NCBI RefSeq assembly: GCF_001194135.2
Contig: NC_068986.1
Coordinates: 35,549,984-35,590,928, forward strand
Direction: 5' to 3'
DNA: 40,945 nucleotides
Source of the DNA: Octopus bimaculoides
Lineage: Eukaryota
Shown here piece after piece: positions 23,994 to 37,872 of this stretch (its first letter is position 1; the number at the start of each line of letters is the position of its first letter). Under the pieces are notes generated by a model, which worked only from the letters and a program-made list of their open reading frames with translations, searched no databases and was not told the origin of the DNA. The translations under genes were made by a program, and so were the position numbers.

Positions 23994-24285
23994 TAGGCGC
24001 AGGCGTGGCTGAGTTTTAAGAAGCATGTTTCCCAACCACATGGCACGGGGTTCAGTCCCAGTGCGTGGCACATTGAGCAAGTGTCTTCTACTATAGCCCT
24101 GTGAGTTGATTTAGTACACGGAAACTGAAAGAAGCTCGTCATATATATTTATATATTTGTATCTGCGTTTGCCCCACCACCATCGCTTGACAATCGATGT
24201 TGGTGTGTTATGTACCCGTAACTTAGCAGTTTTGTTCGACCAAAACCCCTTAAGTTGGTGCTCCAGCATGGCCACAGTTACAAAT
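23994..24285 (+). mobile_element. Near full-length SINE-C (internal deletions)
   Basis: ggcgcaggcgtggctg...ggttcagtccc...gagcaagtgtcttctactatagc...ggaaactgaaagaagc [TA-rich] ...cgcttgacaatcgatgttggtgtg...ggtgctccagcatggcc. Confidence 0.85.
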
Positions 24286-24761
24286 AAATAAAAGAATATA
24301 TAAAACAAACAGATAAAAGAATATATATNNNNNNNNNNNNNNNNNNNNNNNNNNNNNNNNNNNNNNNNNNNNNNNNNNNNNNNNNNNNNNNNNNNNNNNN
24401 NNNNNNNNNNNNNNNNNNNNNNNNNNNNNNNNNNNNNNNNNNNNNNNNNNNNNNNNNNNNNNNNNNNNNNNNNNNNNNNNNNNNNNNNNNNNNNNNNNNN
24501 NNNNNNNNNNNNNNNNNNNNNNNNNNNNNNNNNNNNNNNNNNNNNNNNNNNNNNNNNNNNNNNNNNNNNNNNNNNNNNNNNNNNNNNNNNNNNNNNNNNN
24601 NNNNNNNNNNNNNNNNNNNNNNNNNNNNNNNNNNNNNNNNNNNNNNNNNNNNNNNNNNNNNNNNNNNNNNNNNNNNNNNNNNNNNNNNNNNNNNNNNNNN
24701 NNNNNNNNNNNNNNNNNNNNNNNNNNNNNNNNNNNNNNNNNNNNNNNNNNATATATATATA

Positions 24762-24892
24762 TATAAATGAAACGGGCTTCTTTTTAGTTTCCGTCTACCA
24801 AATCCACTCAAAAGGTTTTGGTCAGTAGAACACACTTGCCCAAGGTGCCACGCAGTGGGACTGAACCCGTAACCATATGGTTGGGAAGCAAA
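24762..24892 (-). mobile_element. SINE-C 5' half adjoining a gap
   Basis: acgggcttctttttagtttccgtctaccaaatccactc...acacttgcccaaggtgccacgcagtgggactgaaccc. Confidence 0.85.
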
Positions 24893-24894
24893 TG

Positions 24895-24931
<37 letters not shown>

Positions 24932-25612
24932 ATGCCGCACTATGGGATTGAACCCAAATCCACGTAGCTATGAAGCGAACTTTTTCACCACCCAGCTATG
25001 CTTTTGACTAACAACTAAATAATGAGCTTTGACAATGTTGTTGCTGATTCCCTTGTTATTTTTTGCGTTGGCATTTTTCTTTTATTTATTGATGGAATTT
25101 GCCCCATGGTAAAAGTAGTAATATTTGTAGTAGTATTATTTGTTGTTGTTGTCGTTTATGTTGTCGCCAATGTCAACCGTGATGATGACGTCATCGAAAC
25201 TTTATTTTTGCTTTGCTTGTTTTTATTTTTTTAATTTTTGTAGTTTCAGTTCATAGTATCATCTCTGTGTCTGCTCTCCTACCTACATCAAAAACAGTGT
25301 CTGGACATGAAACTAGAATGAGGAATTTGGAATTTAGGAGGGAAAAAAAATAGGAAACGATTCATTGAAATTGTTTAGTGAAAGGGGAGGTGTGATGCAT
25401 ATCGAAGTGTGTTGATAGAAAGAGAGAGGGGGGAGGGAATGGCGAGCCATTTATAGAGGGGGAGATAGAGAGATAGAGGGAAGAGAGACGGTGGGAGTGA
25501 AAATGGCAAAAGAAAGAGAGGAAAGAGATGGAATGGATGAGCGAAATACTAAGATAAAATGGAAGTGATAGTGGGAGGAGAATGATAATGGAAACGTGGA
25601 AAAGGGGGGAGA

Positions 25613-25668
<56 letters not shown>

Positions 25669-26018
25669 TAGAGAGAAAAAAACAACAGGAAGAGAGGAAA
25701 TGGTTAAAAGTGAGATAAGGGAATAACAATTGACAAAGAGATACAACGTATATATATATATATATATATATATTCAAAGAGAGAGAGAGAAAGAGGGAGA
25801 TGGAAGAGATAGACAATAGATTGACAAGAATATGTGTGACTGTGTGTGCTTGATGAGGGAAGTATAGATTCTTAGTTACACATACGCACAAAAAAAAAAA
25901 TGAGAAGCAGAAAAATAAGCTGACTGATCTATCTGTCTGTTTATCTATCTGTCTGTGTGTCTATCTGCCTGTCTATCTGTCTGTCTGTATGTCTGCCTTC
26001 TTGTCTGTACGTCCAACC

Positions 26019-26071
<53 letters not shown>

Positions 26072-26541
26072 NNNNNNNNNNNNNNNNNNNNNNNNNNNNN
26101 NNNNNNNNNNNNNNNNNNNNNNNNNNNNNNNNNNNNNNNNNNNNNNNNNNNNNNNNNNNNNNNNNNNNNNNNNNNNNNNNNNNNNNNNNNNNNNNNNNNN
26201 NNNNNNNNNNNNNNNNNNNNNNNNNNNNNNNNNNNNNNNNNNNNNNNNNNNNNNNNNNNNNNNNNNNNNNNNNNNNNNNNNNNNNNNNNNNNNNNNNNNN
26301 NNNNNNNNNNNNNNNNNNNNNNNNNNNNNNNNNNNNNNNNNNNNNNNNNNNNNNNNNNNNNNNNNNNNNNNNNNNNNNNNNNNNNNNNNNNNNNNNNNNN
26401 NNNNNNNNNNNNNNNNNNNNNNNNNNNNNNNNNNNNNNNNNNNNNNNNNNNNNNNNNNNNNNNNNNNNNNNNNNNNNNNNNNNNNNNNNNNNNNNNNNNN
26501 NNNNNNNNNNNNNNNNNNNNNNNNNNNNNNNNNNNNNNNNN

Positions 26542-26578
<37 letters not shown>

Positions 26579-26721
26579 AGTTAGCCACTATCCATCTGAT
26601 ATCTACCAGACTGAGACAAACAGTTATGTAGAAATTACTATATACTATGTGAGGAGCAGAGAAATTTTCAGGCCTAAAAAGTGATAGTCAGGCAGAGATG
26701 GAAATAGTGGAGTAGCAGAAG

Positions 26722-26838
26722 AAGAGAAAGAAAGAAAGAAAGAAAGAAAGAAGGAAAGAAATAAAGAAAGAAAGAAAGAAAGAAGGAAAGAAGGAAAGAA
26801 ATAAAGAAAGAAAGAAATAAAGAAAGAAAGAAAGAGAG
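26722..26838. repeat. (AAAG)n / (AAGG) tetranucleotide repeat
   Basis: Direct observation. Confidence 0.95.
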
Positions 26839-27477
26839 AAAAAACTGTATAAGAGTGATGCATTTATATTGACCTTCTCTTGAACAACGTCATCGCCATG
26901 TTGACTTCCTCAGTCAATATATTGTGCGTTAAATTTTAATCAAATATTTACGTGGAAATCAATGTAATTGTCCTCATAAAAGAATGAAGTGATAGCTGTT
27001 TAATTCAGTGGACAAAATCTTTTATTTTTACTCCTACCCACCCGTCTTCAAATTATTCATCTTTGAGTCAGTCAATTCAGAAAATTCTTTCCGTCTGACG
27101 ATTTAGAAGAGACGCTTGTTTAGTAACAAAATGGCGGAGATGTAAAAGCTGTCGCTACTTGGCTAAGTTACTGTTAAGTGGTGAGGCACTTTTGTGGATT
27201 ATACTCTCTTCTTCTTTAATGCCAATGAACTATAATGAACGAAGTTGTGTTGACGGTGCTCATAATGTTGATAATGCTGTCAATAATGTTGATAATGTTC
27301 TTGATTCTTCTAGATGAAATACTTGACACTTCGAACTCCAGATAGCTTTCTACGACTCGTATATTTGCAGTAAAAAATGCCTGGTAAATAATTCACAGAC
27401 GTTACTTCCAGTAATGTGGCACAAATGGAAACAAAGACCCAGTCTTCAGTGTCGCCAAGACAGCGACATTAGTAAAA

Positions 27478-27699
27478 ATATTGTTTCAAATTTTGGCACA
27501 AAGCCGACAATTTTAAGTAAAGGAGGGCAAGCGATTACATTGACCTTTGTACTTGACTGGTACTTTATTTAATCGACCCCGGAAGAAGGAAAGGCAAAGT
27601 TGACTTCATCATGAATCGATCTCAGGTCATAATGACTAGGAAGATATATCGCTAAGCATTTTCGCCGACGCTCTAACAAGTCTGCCAACTCATCGCCTT
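27478..27699 (-). mobile_element. SINE-A copy (decayed)
   Basis: tttcaaattttggcaca...aatcgacccc...gaaaggcaaagttgac...ctaagcatttt...tctgccaactcatcgcc. Confidence 0.8.
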
Positions 27700-28409
27700 A
27701 TTGTTAACCTGTACTACGATAAAGAAAGCTGCCTATAAATTATTTTAGAATATGTAACTTTTACTAAAGGAAAGCAATTATTAAATTCAACATCGTCTAG
27801 AATATTCTTATTCTTATATCGAAATGTAGTTGTCAAGTGACTAAGTATGAACATACATACATACAAGCATATATATATATACATATATATNNNNNNNNNN
27901 NNNNNNNNNNNNNNNNNNNNNNNNNNNNNNNNNNNNNNNNNNNNNNNNNNNNNNNNNNNNNNNNNNNNNNNNNNNNNNNNNNNNATATATACATATATGT
28001 ATGTATGTATGCATGTATGTATGTATGTATGTATGTATGTATGTACGTATGTATGTATGTACGTATGCTTGTATATTTTGGTGTTGTTTAAAAAATCCTC
28101 GACAACAGAGGAAGAATCGGCTTCCAATCTCGAAATATGTTCTTTCTTTGGAGTTTAGACAATATCAACGAAGCTGTCATCTATTTATGTATCTGAACAC
28201 GTATCTGTGAATGCATACATGCAAAGCATGCGTAGAATGTTTCTGCTTTTGACTTCTGCATGTGTACAAATAGATATATATTTATGGTTACACCTGTGTA
28301 TAAATAAGCACACACTACAGGTTAAACATATGGGATGTTCTATATATTTTCATAATTCTGTTAATGGCTTGTAATTTTAATCTCTTAATTTAACCGTGTT
28401 TTTTTCCAG

Positions 28410-28531
28410 TTGTGTTAAGACTTTTCAAGTCTGGGGAAAAGGAAATTAGCTACATTGCCAGGTGTCTCAATAGTTATATGTATAACTCTAAAACCAAAGT
28501 GTGGGTGGAGCAACTGCAGATGTCTCATTAG
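28410..28531 (+). CDS. Weak candidate terminal coding exon: (x)VLRLFKSGEKEISYIARCLNSYMYNSKTKVWVEQLQMSH*
   Basis: Acceptor ttaatttaaccgtgtttttttccag| followed by 39 open codons in phase 1. Could instead be a decayed Tc1/mariner remnant: an HTH-like start, and LDHYVWGA ~100 nt downstream resembles the NPLDYYVWGA motif. Confidence 0.25.
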
Positions 28532-28670
28532 TCTGCACAGATGTTTTGTTTGCCTTTTTTTTACTGTTAACATATGTTGTGCAAAAGATTTCCATTGCCA
28601 TGCACACTTTCTTTCTCGCGTCCTTGATCATTATGTCTGGGGTGCTTTCCTTACATTTTACTCTTTTACT

Positions 28671-29194
28671 CCTTTACTTGTTTCAGTCATTTGACTGCGG
28701 CCATGCTGGAGCACCGCCTTTAGTCGAGCAAATCGACCCCAGGACTTATTCTTTGTAAGCCTAGTACTTATTCTATCGGTCTCTTTTGCCGAACTGCTAA
28801 GTTACGGGGACATCAACACACCAGCATCGGTTGTCAAGCGATGTTGTGGGACAAACACAGATGCACAAACACACACNNNNNNNNNNNNNNNNNNNNNNNN
28901 NNNNNNNNNNNNNNNNNNNNNNNNNNNNNNNNNNNNNNNNNNNNNNNNNNNNNNNNNNNNNNNNNNNNNNNNNNNNNNNNNNNNNNNNNNNNNNNNNNNN
29001 NNNNNNNNNNNNNNNNTATATACATATATACGACGGGCTTCTTTCAGTTTCCGTCTACCAAATCCACTCACGAGGCTTTGGTCGGCCCGAGGCTATAGTA
29101 GAAGACACTTGCCCAAGGTGCCACGCAATGAGACTGAACCCGGAATCATGTGGTTGGTAAGCAAGCTACTTACCACACAGCCACTCCGGTGCCT
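28671..29194 (-). mobile_element. Well-preserved full-length SINE-C whose internal microsatellite coincides with an assembly gap
   Basis: Sense head ggagtggctgtgtggtaag...gggttcagtctc, 3' end ggtgctccagcatggccgcagtcaaatgactgaaacaagtaaa. N-gap at 28877-29016 flanked by (CA) and (TA). Confidence 0.9.
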
Positions 29195-30524
29195 ATAGAA
29201 GTTTTGACAGAAACATTCCAATAATATCATTTCAAGTTCACACCATGTTTTATATATTCATCTCCTGAACTAGTTTTTCCACGAATTATATTGTATAATG
29301 CTGTAACCACGACAGCATGTCTCATAGTTAGATAATACCATGACTAAACATTCAGACAGCTGCTTATTATGTAGATTACAATTTCACAACTTCGGTGTTA
29401 ATTCTACGGAATCTACATTAATTAACCCATCTGTATTTTACCCGCAACCCTTTCAATTTTATAGACGCTATTAGCGTCATGTTCGTAGATATAACCCATA
29501 GATACACTTCGATATTTAATGGTTAATAAATGGTTTCGAATTGTTATGACACAACATTCAGAAGTAGTCTGAATCAATGTTAAGCCTCTGTCGCCTTGTT
29601 TTGAATTTAAGTAGCCGTAGTCTCCTCTCTTATTTCCTGTTCATAGAGTGCGGAAGCATACTTTTCCAAATTAGAGCTAATAGACCGGTTGCCCTTTCAA
29701 TTATAAGCAGAAAAACAACAACAAAAAAACGAAAGAAAAACAAAAACAAAAAAACTTCCATCTGATATTCTATTGCGTTATAAACCTGTGCAAATTCCTA
29801 GCGTGTGTAAAATCCTAACTATCAGTCACGGGAGCTTTTGAACTATCTTAACGCCATTCGCTGCGTGTACGCAGACTTCATCCGTGGATGCACTTCGACG
29901 CTTGGCGGTTAGCAGGAGATATCGAAGAGATTTGATGCGATATTTAAAGAGTGCATGAACCACTGTTAAGTCTAATTTTCCTTGGTTTGATTTTGGATTT
30001 AGGCAACGTTGCTGTGGAATTTTCTGGGATGGAGTTGAAGTTCAGATTTTAACATTAATAGCCCAGATATCGTATACATGTATATATGCATGCATGTATG
30101 AATGTAAGTATGTGTATATATATGAATAAATATGTATATGTTGCAGTGTAACAGCTTTCCTTTTAGGCAAACTCTGGAAACAGGATAAATGCCTAAGATA
30201 TTATGGCATATATATATATATATATGTATATTGCACTTCATATCCTAAGCAAATGTGTTTTTAAGTACAGACACACACCAACTCTTATACCCCCACACAC
30301 CAGAGAAATACATAAACATATGCATCGTTGAGTTGCTTGTTTGTGGTGTTAAACAAATAGACACGCATATTATTCATGTAGACACGTGTTTTTGCATAAA
30401 TATACAATTGTGATGTCGGGGCTATATTGAGTGTTAGGGGAACACGATAGTGGCAAATGGCATCAGTAAGTGCTAGAAAGATAGCTACAGAGGGAGGGAT
30501 GAAAGAGAGCTGAGCAAAGAGGAT

Positions 30525-30588
<64 letters not shown>

Positions 30589-31279
30589 NNNNNNNNNNNN
30601 NNNNNNNNNNNNNNNNNNNNNNNNNNNNNNNNNNNNNNNNNNNNNNNNNNNNNNNNNNNNNNNNNNNNNNNNNNNNNNNNNNNNNNNNNNNNNNNNNNNN
30701 NNNNNNNNNNNNNNNNNNNNNNNNNNNNNNNNNNNNNNNNNNNNNNNNNNNNNNNNNNNNNNNNNNNNNNNNNNNNNNNNNNNNNNNNNNNNNNNNNNNN
30801 NNNNNNNNNNNNNNNNNNNNNNNNNNNNGTATATCTGACCGCTATCTTTTAAGACGAAATGTGAATATCCATATTTTATCTTATGCAAATAAATGTTTTC
30901 TTGTTCAGTGCAATCTTTGTCCAAATGCCAAAACTCACGAAGTCCTTGTCAAATCTTTCTACATTAGCATCCTTTTCCCTCCATTTTTTCCGGGTGGGGG
31001 GGCGGTCGATGGAAGGCGATGGAGGTGATGTTGATAGCGATGGTGATGATGGTGTTGTTTTGGGTGGTAGTTGTGGTGATGGAGGATAGTGGTCATATTG
31101 TTGTGTTATTGTAGTAACTGGTGTTGTTGTCGTTGGTGGTGCTGGTGTTAGTGGAGAGTTTCAGCTGCGCTGCTTTTTATCAAAATATGGTTTGCGTTTA
31201 TTTTTTTTAATTAACTGCTAAGAGTCACAGATGGTTGAATTGATAACAGTGCTTTATTTTTCTGTTGTTGTTAATGTTG

Positions 31280-31340
31280 TTTAACCCCAGGTCAGTCCGG
31301 ATGGACACAGCTATGATGAAAGGCATTCCAGCCATGAAAA
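31280..31340. repeat. Fragment of an unclassified dispersed repeat (family E); a second fragment at ~6043-6090 hosts the SINE-B insertion
   Basis: cagctatgatgaaaggcattccagccatgaaaatt vs aatctatgatcaaaagcactccagacgtgaacatcc. Confidence 0.5.
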
Positions 31341-31391
31341 TTATCTTTTTGATATATAGATACATACTGACAGTACATACATACAAACATG

Positions 31392-31467
<76 letters not shown>

Positions 31468-31595
31468 CCTGTTTGACTGTCTCTAGAAATGCAGGGAGTC
31501 GGTATATATAAATACAACATAAAAACCGATCAAATAAGGGAATTGAAGTGACAGAATATATGTTTATTCCATTCGCTGACAGCTGTTTCGTAATG

Positions 31596-31635
<40 letters not shown>

Positions 31636-31653
31636 CATACATACATACATACA

Positions 31654-31684
<31 letters not shown>

Positions 31685-31849
31685 GTATATATGTGTATAC
31701 ACACGCACACACACACACACACATACACACAAACACACCCATTGGGATTCCTGAATTCTCAGAACGACTCTGACATAGTATCCTAGCCTTAACCACGGTC
31801 TTCCTTGATAGCCACACATCAAGCGAAGAGCTTAATGTGAGCTCTGCTT

Positions 31850-32680
31850 CTTTGAATCCCTATTCTTGTTACATTCTCCGTTTCCTATCTTTTGGATACT
31901 ACTCGGCAACTGAATGGATCTCCCTTTTGTCTGTGAGGGATATGACTGCTATTTCCACGAAATGAAATGGCTACGTTTAAGTCCAATCATTGATTTGAGA
32001 GCCACGCATATTAATAGAGTAAGACTTCTGCTTTCGATTGCTGATATCACATCTTTCACTCCACTCTGTCCATGAATTATCTCATTTTAGATATTCTTTC
32101 ACAATGGATATTCCTAGCATTGATATTCCTACGATTCTTTCACCGTATCCAATGGATGTTTTCTTTTTCCGTATAGCCCACGTTCTACTTACACAGGTAG
32201 GGCCATTGAAGAGCTTGACACGTAGGGTCGTGCCAAGCTTTGCATTGAACTCATCTCAAATATCTTCCATCATGCCACTATTCTCCGCAAGATTTCGGCG
32301 TACAGGTCTCGGCGCATATTCACCAAGTGTCCCAAGCAGACATATTCTTTTGTCACCTCGATTTCATCGCTTCCTACCTCTATTCGGCTTTGTGCTAATT
32401 TATTGCGATCACAGCCATTTTGTTTTCATGCGGTTCATCTTGAAGCTCATCAGATGTAAGCATGGCTTGCAGCTGATTTATTATTTCGGCGATGATTTAT
32501 TATTTCGGCAATGTTTTGTTTCGCCGATGGCATCCGCAAATCGGAGGTATGTTATTAGTACTCCGTTGATGTCCACGCCAGCTGCCCAATCAGGTCAATT
32601 TCATGACCATTTCTAGAAGCTCTTTAAAGAGATGATACTGCCTTGTTTGACACCTATCTCACTTGGATCGCTTATGAAAA
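31850..32680 (-). mobile_element. Decayed RTE-clade LINE: reverse transcriptase and C-terminal region
   Basis: Minus-strand pieces GVKQGSIIS, WAAGVDINGVLITYLRFADAI, SRIEVGSDEIEVTKEYVCLGHLVNMRRDLYAEILRRI and QSGVKDVISAI match RTE RT motifs (GVRQGD.ISP, INGE.L.HLRFADD, EYVYLGQ, EI.RRI). Multiple stops and frameshifts. Confidence 0.85.
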
Positions 32681-33009
32681 TACCAGAGCTATATGTCTTA
32701 GTGTATATGCATTTATGTCTTAGTGTATATGCATAAAAATGGAGGCAACAACTAAGTAGGAGTTATAAAGGCCGAGAGAAGAATTTGAGGGCTGTTTTGG
32801 TGGAGAAAAGCGCATTGGTCAGAAAGTAGCTTCAAGATAGCACTGGAAGAGAATGCATTCAAATTTGATAACTACAGCCTTAACAACAAAAGGAGACGAA
32901 ATATGATTAAAGCACTTTATAGGAGCAAATCTATCATATCGCGAAAACACTAACGAATGCCGCAGTTCACAGGCGTGCACGCTCTCACACAAACAGGCAC
33001 ACTCACTCA

Positions 33010-33078
<69 letters not shown>

Positions 33079-33534
33079 NNNNNNNNNNNNNNNNNNNNNN
33101 NNNNNNNNNNNNNNNNNNNNNNNNNNNNNNNNNNNNNNNNNNNNNNNNNNNNNNNNNNNNNNNNNNNNNNNNNNNNNNNNNNNNNNNNNNNNNNNNNNNN
33201 NNNNNNNNNNNNNNNNNNNNNNNNNNNNNNNNNNNNNNNNNNNNNNNNNNNNNNNNNNNNNNNNNNNNNNNNNNNNNNNNNNNNNNNNNNNNNNNNNNNN
33301 NNNNNNNNNNNNNNNNNNNNNNNNNNNNNNNNNNNNNNNNNNNNNNNNNNNNNNNNNNNNNNNNNNNNNNNNNNNNNNNNNNNNNNNNNNNNNNNNNNNN
33401 NNNNNNNNNNNNNNNNNNNNNNNNNNNNNNNNNNNNNNNNNNNNNNNNNNNNNNNNNNNNNNNNNNNNNNNNNNNNNNNNNNNNNNNNNNNNNNNNNNNN
33501 NNNNNNNNNNNNNNNNNNNNNNNNNNNNNNNNNN

Positions 33535-33595
<61 letters not shown>

Positions 33596-33759
33596 CTTAT
33601 AACATATAAATGGCATAAACTAATATGATTTGAAAAAGGCACTAACATGTCTACAGCTGTCATTTATTTACACAAATTTTATTGTCTCATCTTCCGTATA
33701 GCGAGTCGTTTTTGTTCTCAGTCTTAGTCTCTCGGATGGAATCCGTGAATCATTTATTA

Positions 33760-33959
33760 TACCTACCTACCTACCTACCTACCTACCTACCTACCTACCT
33801 ACCTACTTACGTATCTACCTACCTACATACCTACATACATACATACATACATACATACATACATACATACATACTTACGTACTTAAATGCATACCGACGT
33901 ACTTAGAAACACATATAAACACATAGATATTATAATATATCTATATTTCAAATATATTA

Positions 33960-34010
<51 letters not shown>

Positions 34011-34110
34011 ACATACATACATACATACATACATACATACCGAAAAGCATACATACATACATACATACATACATACATACATACAATACATACATACATA
34101 CACACATACT
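33760..34110. repeat. (CCTA)n, (TACA)n and (TCTA)n tetranucleotide arrays
   Basis: Direct observation. Confidence 0.9.
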
Positions 34111-35206
34111 TATAATGATATTCNNNNNNNNNNNNNNNNNNNNNNNNNNNNNNNNNNNNNNNNNNNNNNNNNNNNNNNNNNNNNNNNNNNNNNNNNNNNN
34201 NNNNNNNNNNNNNNNNNNNNNNNNNNNNNNNNNNNNNNNNNNNNNNNNNNNNNNNNNNNNNNNNNNNNNNNNNNNNNNNNNNNNNNNNNNNNNNNNNNNN
34301 NNNNNNNNNNNNNNNNNNNNNNNNNNNNNNNNNNNNNNNNNNNNNNNNNNNNNNNNNNNNNNNNNNNNNNNNNNNNNNNNNNNNNNNNNNNNNNNNNNNN
34401 NNNNNNNNNNNNNNNNNNNNNNNNNNNNNNNNNNNNNNNNNNNNNNNNNNNNNNNNNNNNNNNNNNNNNNNNNNNNNNNNNNNNNNNNNNNNNNNNNNNN
34501 NNNNNNNNNNNNNNNNNNNNNNNNNNNNNNNNNNNNNNNNNNNNNNNNNNNNNNNNNNNNNNNNNNNNNNNNNNNNNNNNNNNNNNNNNNNNNNNNNNNN
34601 NNNNNNNNNNNNNNNNNNNNNNNNNNNNNNNNNNNNNNNNNNNNNNNNNNNNNNNNNNNNNNNNNNNNNNNNNNNNNNNNNNNNNNNNNNNNNNNNNNNN
34701 NNNNNNNNNNNNNNNNNNNNNNNNNNNNNNNNNNNNNNNNNNNNNNNNNNNNNNNNNNNNNNNNNNNNNNNNNNNNNNNNNNNNNNNNNNNNNNNNNNNN
34801 NNNNNNNNNNNNNNNNNNNNNNNNNNNNNNNNNNNNNNNNNNNNNNNNNNNNNNNNNNNNNNNNNNNNNNNNNNNNNNNNNNNNNNNNNNNNNNNNNNNN
34901 NNNNNNNNNNNNNNNTATATATATATATATATATATATATCAGAAGTACTTGTGTTTTTAACACGCTCCTATACACTAGAACGTGAAAAGCATTCGCTGC
35001 GGGATTCTGGCTGCAAGAAAAGTATACACATACATACATACATACACTTAGTGTTTATATCTGCGTATTTTTTAAAGATTGATTTAACGCAGTATGAATC
35101 GGCGAAATGTTGAGCACTCTTGACATATATCCATGAGTGCAAATGTAGTGCGTATGTATGTATGTGTGCACTTGAGTGTGTGTGTTTCCTCAGAGAGAGA
35201 GAGAGG

Positions 35207-35270
<64 letters not shown>

Positions 35271-35381
35271 CAGAGAGAGAGAGAAAGCAAAATGACGAAC
35301 GATACAAGAAATGGCAGTAAAATAAATTCAAAGACAGAGGCAATATCTATAACTACGTATACATATTTATATTTACGACTA

Positions 35382-35414
<33 letters not shown>

Positions 35415-35793
35415 TTATCTACGGACGCATACACACATAAATATACTTATATACACATACACAGACACACACACATATACTTATACGCATACAATAGAGA
35501 TACATATGTACATACATAAATAGATAAAAAAAAATCTGCTGTTGAACTTTAAAAGACAAAATCCTACGGATGCACCTATCTCGTACATATATTATTTATT
35601 ACATATCAAACATCATATTATTGTTTAATAATAGAGCTTATCCTCCCCCTCTTCCTCGTCCTTCTCCTCATTGTCATCGTCGTCGTCATCACCGTCGTCT
35701 TTGTTATATTTTTCATTTCAAAATTCTTTTTTAATAACAACAATCAAACAACAGAGAAGAAACCTTATATTGAGATGTACTTTATTTTTATTT

Positions 35794-35874
<81 letters not shown>

Positions 35875-36082
35875 AATTTCAAAGTGATTCATTTCACCAC
35901 CCGCATCTTTTCTGTCACCCTTGCATCCTTCATCACCATTTTGATCCCTGCTGTCGCAGTATTATTATTATTATTATTATTTATTATTATTATTATTATT
36001 ATTTATTTTTATTATTATTATTATTATTATTGTAAAAGAAATCATTATTATTGTTATTATCACTTTATAATCATCAGCATCA

Positions 36083-36134
<52 letters not shown>

Positions 36135-36242
36135 CATTATTATTATTATTATTAAACAGGCATTTATTGTCAAAAGCTGACGAAATGTCNNNNNNNNNNN
36201 NNNNNNNNNNNNNNNNNNNNNNNNNNNNNNNNNNNNNNNNNN

Positions 36243-36293
<51 letters not shown>

Positions 36294-37173
36294 ACACACA
36301 CATACACACATACGTACAGACAAAGACACGTACACGCACACTCACAAACGCACATGCACAGCTATGCTCTCCACTACATAAACAGACACACTGTCTTTGT
36401 AAACACCCGTGCACATGTGCACATATGTACACAGAACTTTATCTCTTTGCTCCATAGGCCGAATATCTAAGCCTTTTTGCACACACACACACACTCATTT
36501 TTCTCTTCCTCTCACTTTCACAGACTCCCTGTCTCCCTACTTCTCTCTCTCTGCATTCACTTCCCCTTTTCCACCCTCAAATCTAACTCCTACCCGCCAT
36601 CTTTAGTTTTCATTTCAGATTTTCATAATTTATTTTTACATTTCATTTCTCTTTTTTAACACAGAATTTCTTTCTCTGTTATACTCCAGTTGCTGATTAA
36701 AACGTTTGACACCTATCAGCTCTATTCACAAGAGGAATAAAACTCGGTGTTTAGTCCTACGAGGCCTAACGAATGTTAAATGAAAATTTTTGAATATTTG
36801 TTGATGTCATTAATATGGCACAAACAAATTCTTTGATTATGTTTTATCGAGGTGCCAACGCCAATGCAGACACAGACATTTCATACGTGTTTCTGTTTGT
36901 ATGTTTTTAATTNNNNNNNNNNCGTCTGTCGAAAGTCCGACCGCGGAGTCAAATATTTAGTGATTGTGCCTACATTGTGTTATAGAAATAGCAGTGGATT
37001 TCGAAACAAAACCAATACGTACATACATACACATTTAAGCATAAACATATACATACACACACATATTTATATACACACATACATACACACGCGATATATA
37101 TATATCTTGTGTGTGTGTGTTTACGTACGAGTATATCTGTATGTACATATGCATGTATATATATTTACACACA

Positions 37174-37235
<62 letters not shown>

Positions 37236-37574
37236 CTTACACATACGTGGATAACGTTTACGGTGACGTAAATACATAAAGCCGAAAGATTAAAAGATAC
37301 AAATCAGGGATAGGAAGAAACTAAAACTTCGTGCGAAAACAAAACTAACACCACCATAACTCCACGGCAGCTGCACCACCACCACCACCACCACCACCAC
37401 GAACAACAACAACAACAACAACAAGAACAGCACTGTCATTACCACCGCCACCATCACCACTGTCCTGACCAGCACCAACATCTTCCCACCTCATCAGCAG
37501 CAGCCTCTCATCTCCCCCACCACAAATATCAAAACATTCATCTTTGTTTTCCTATCCATTCCACCAACGGCAAA

Positions 37575-37858
37575 ATATAAAATGTACTTCCAGCTTACCT
37601 CCTGGCATACAAAGAATCATAACTGGCTTTGCTATCATTTTGTTAAGGATTGGTGATGGGAAGATACCAAGAACATGATTGCATCATTGAAACCCCAATG
37701 CTACAACCACAGAAACAGGAAGTTGAACAGTTGAAGAAAATGTTGTGAGATGAGACTCTCAAGATTGAAATCTTCAATGTTGCCTGTTTGATACCAATCA
37801 CGGGATGTCTGTCAGAAATTTCTTTATCTTCGGTAATGTTGCTGTTTAGCGCTAGGCT
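37575..37858 (+). mobile_element. Probable Helitron RepHel (Pif1-like helicase) remnant
   Basis: FAIILLRIGDGKIP at ~37628-37669 and NH(G)CLSE.. near 37795-37830 resemble the Helitron helicase motifs FA..LL.IGDGK.P and NH.WL.ERAIL. Frameshifted; truncated on the right by a SINE-B insertion. Confidence 0.5.
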
Positions 37859-37872
37859 AGGGTCTTCTAGAG

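Noticed and set aside
29860-29970. GC-richer segment reading TSSVDALRRLAVSRRYRRDLMRYLKSA*
   Set aside because: No convincing splice signals or recognisable homology.
32470-32740. Short local duplications (about 19 bp and 22 bp) in and near the RTE remnant
   Set aside because: Ordinary slippage duplications in decaying sequence.
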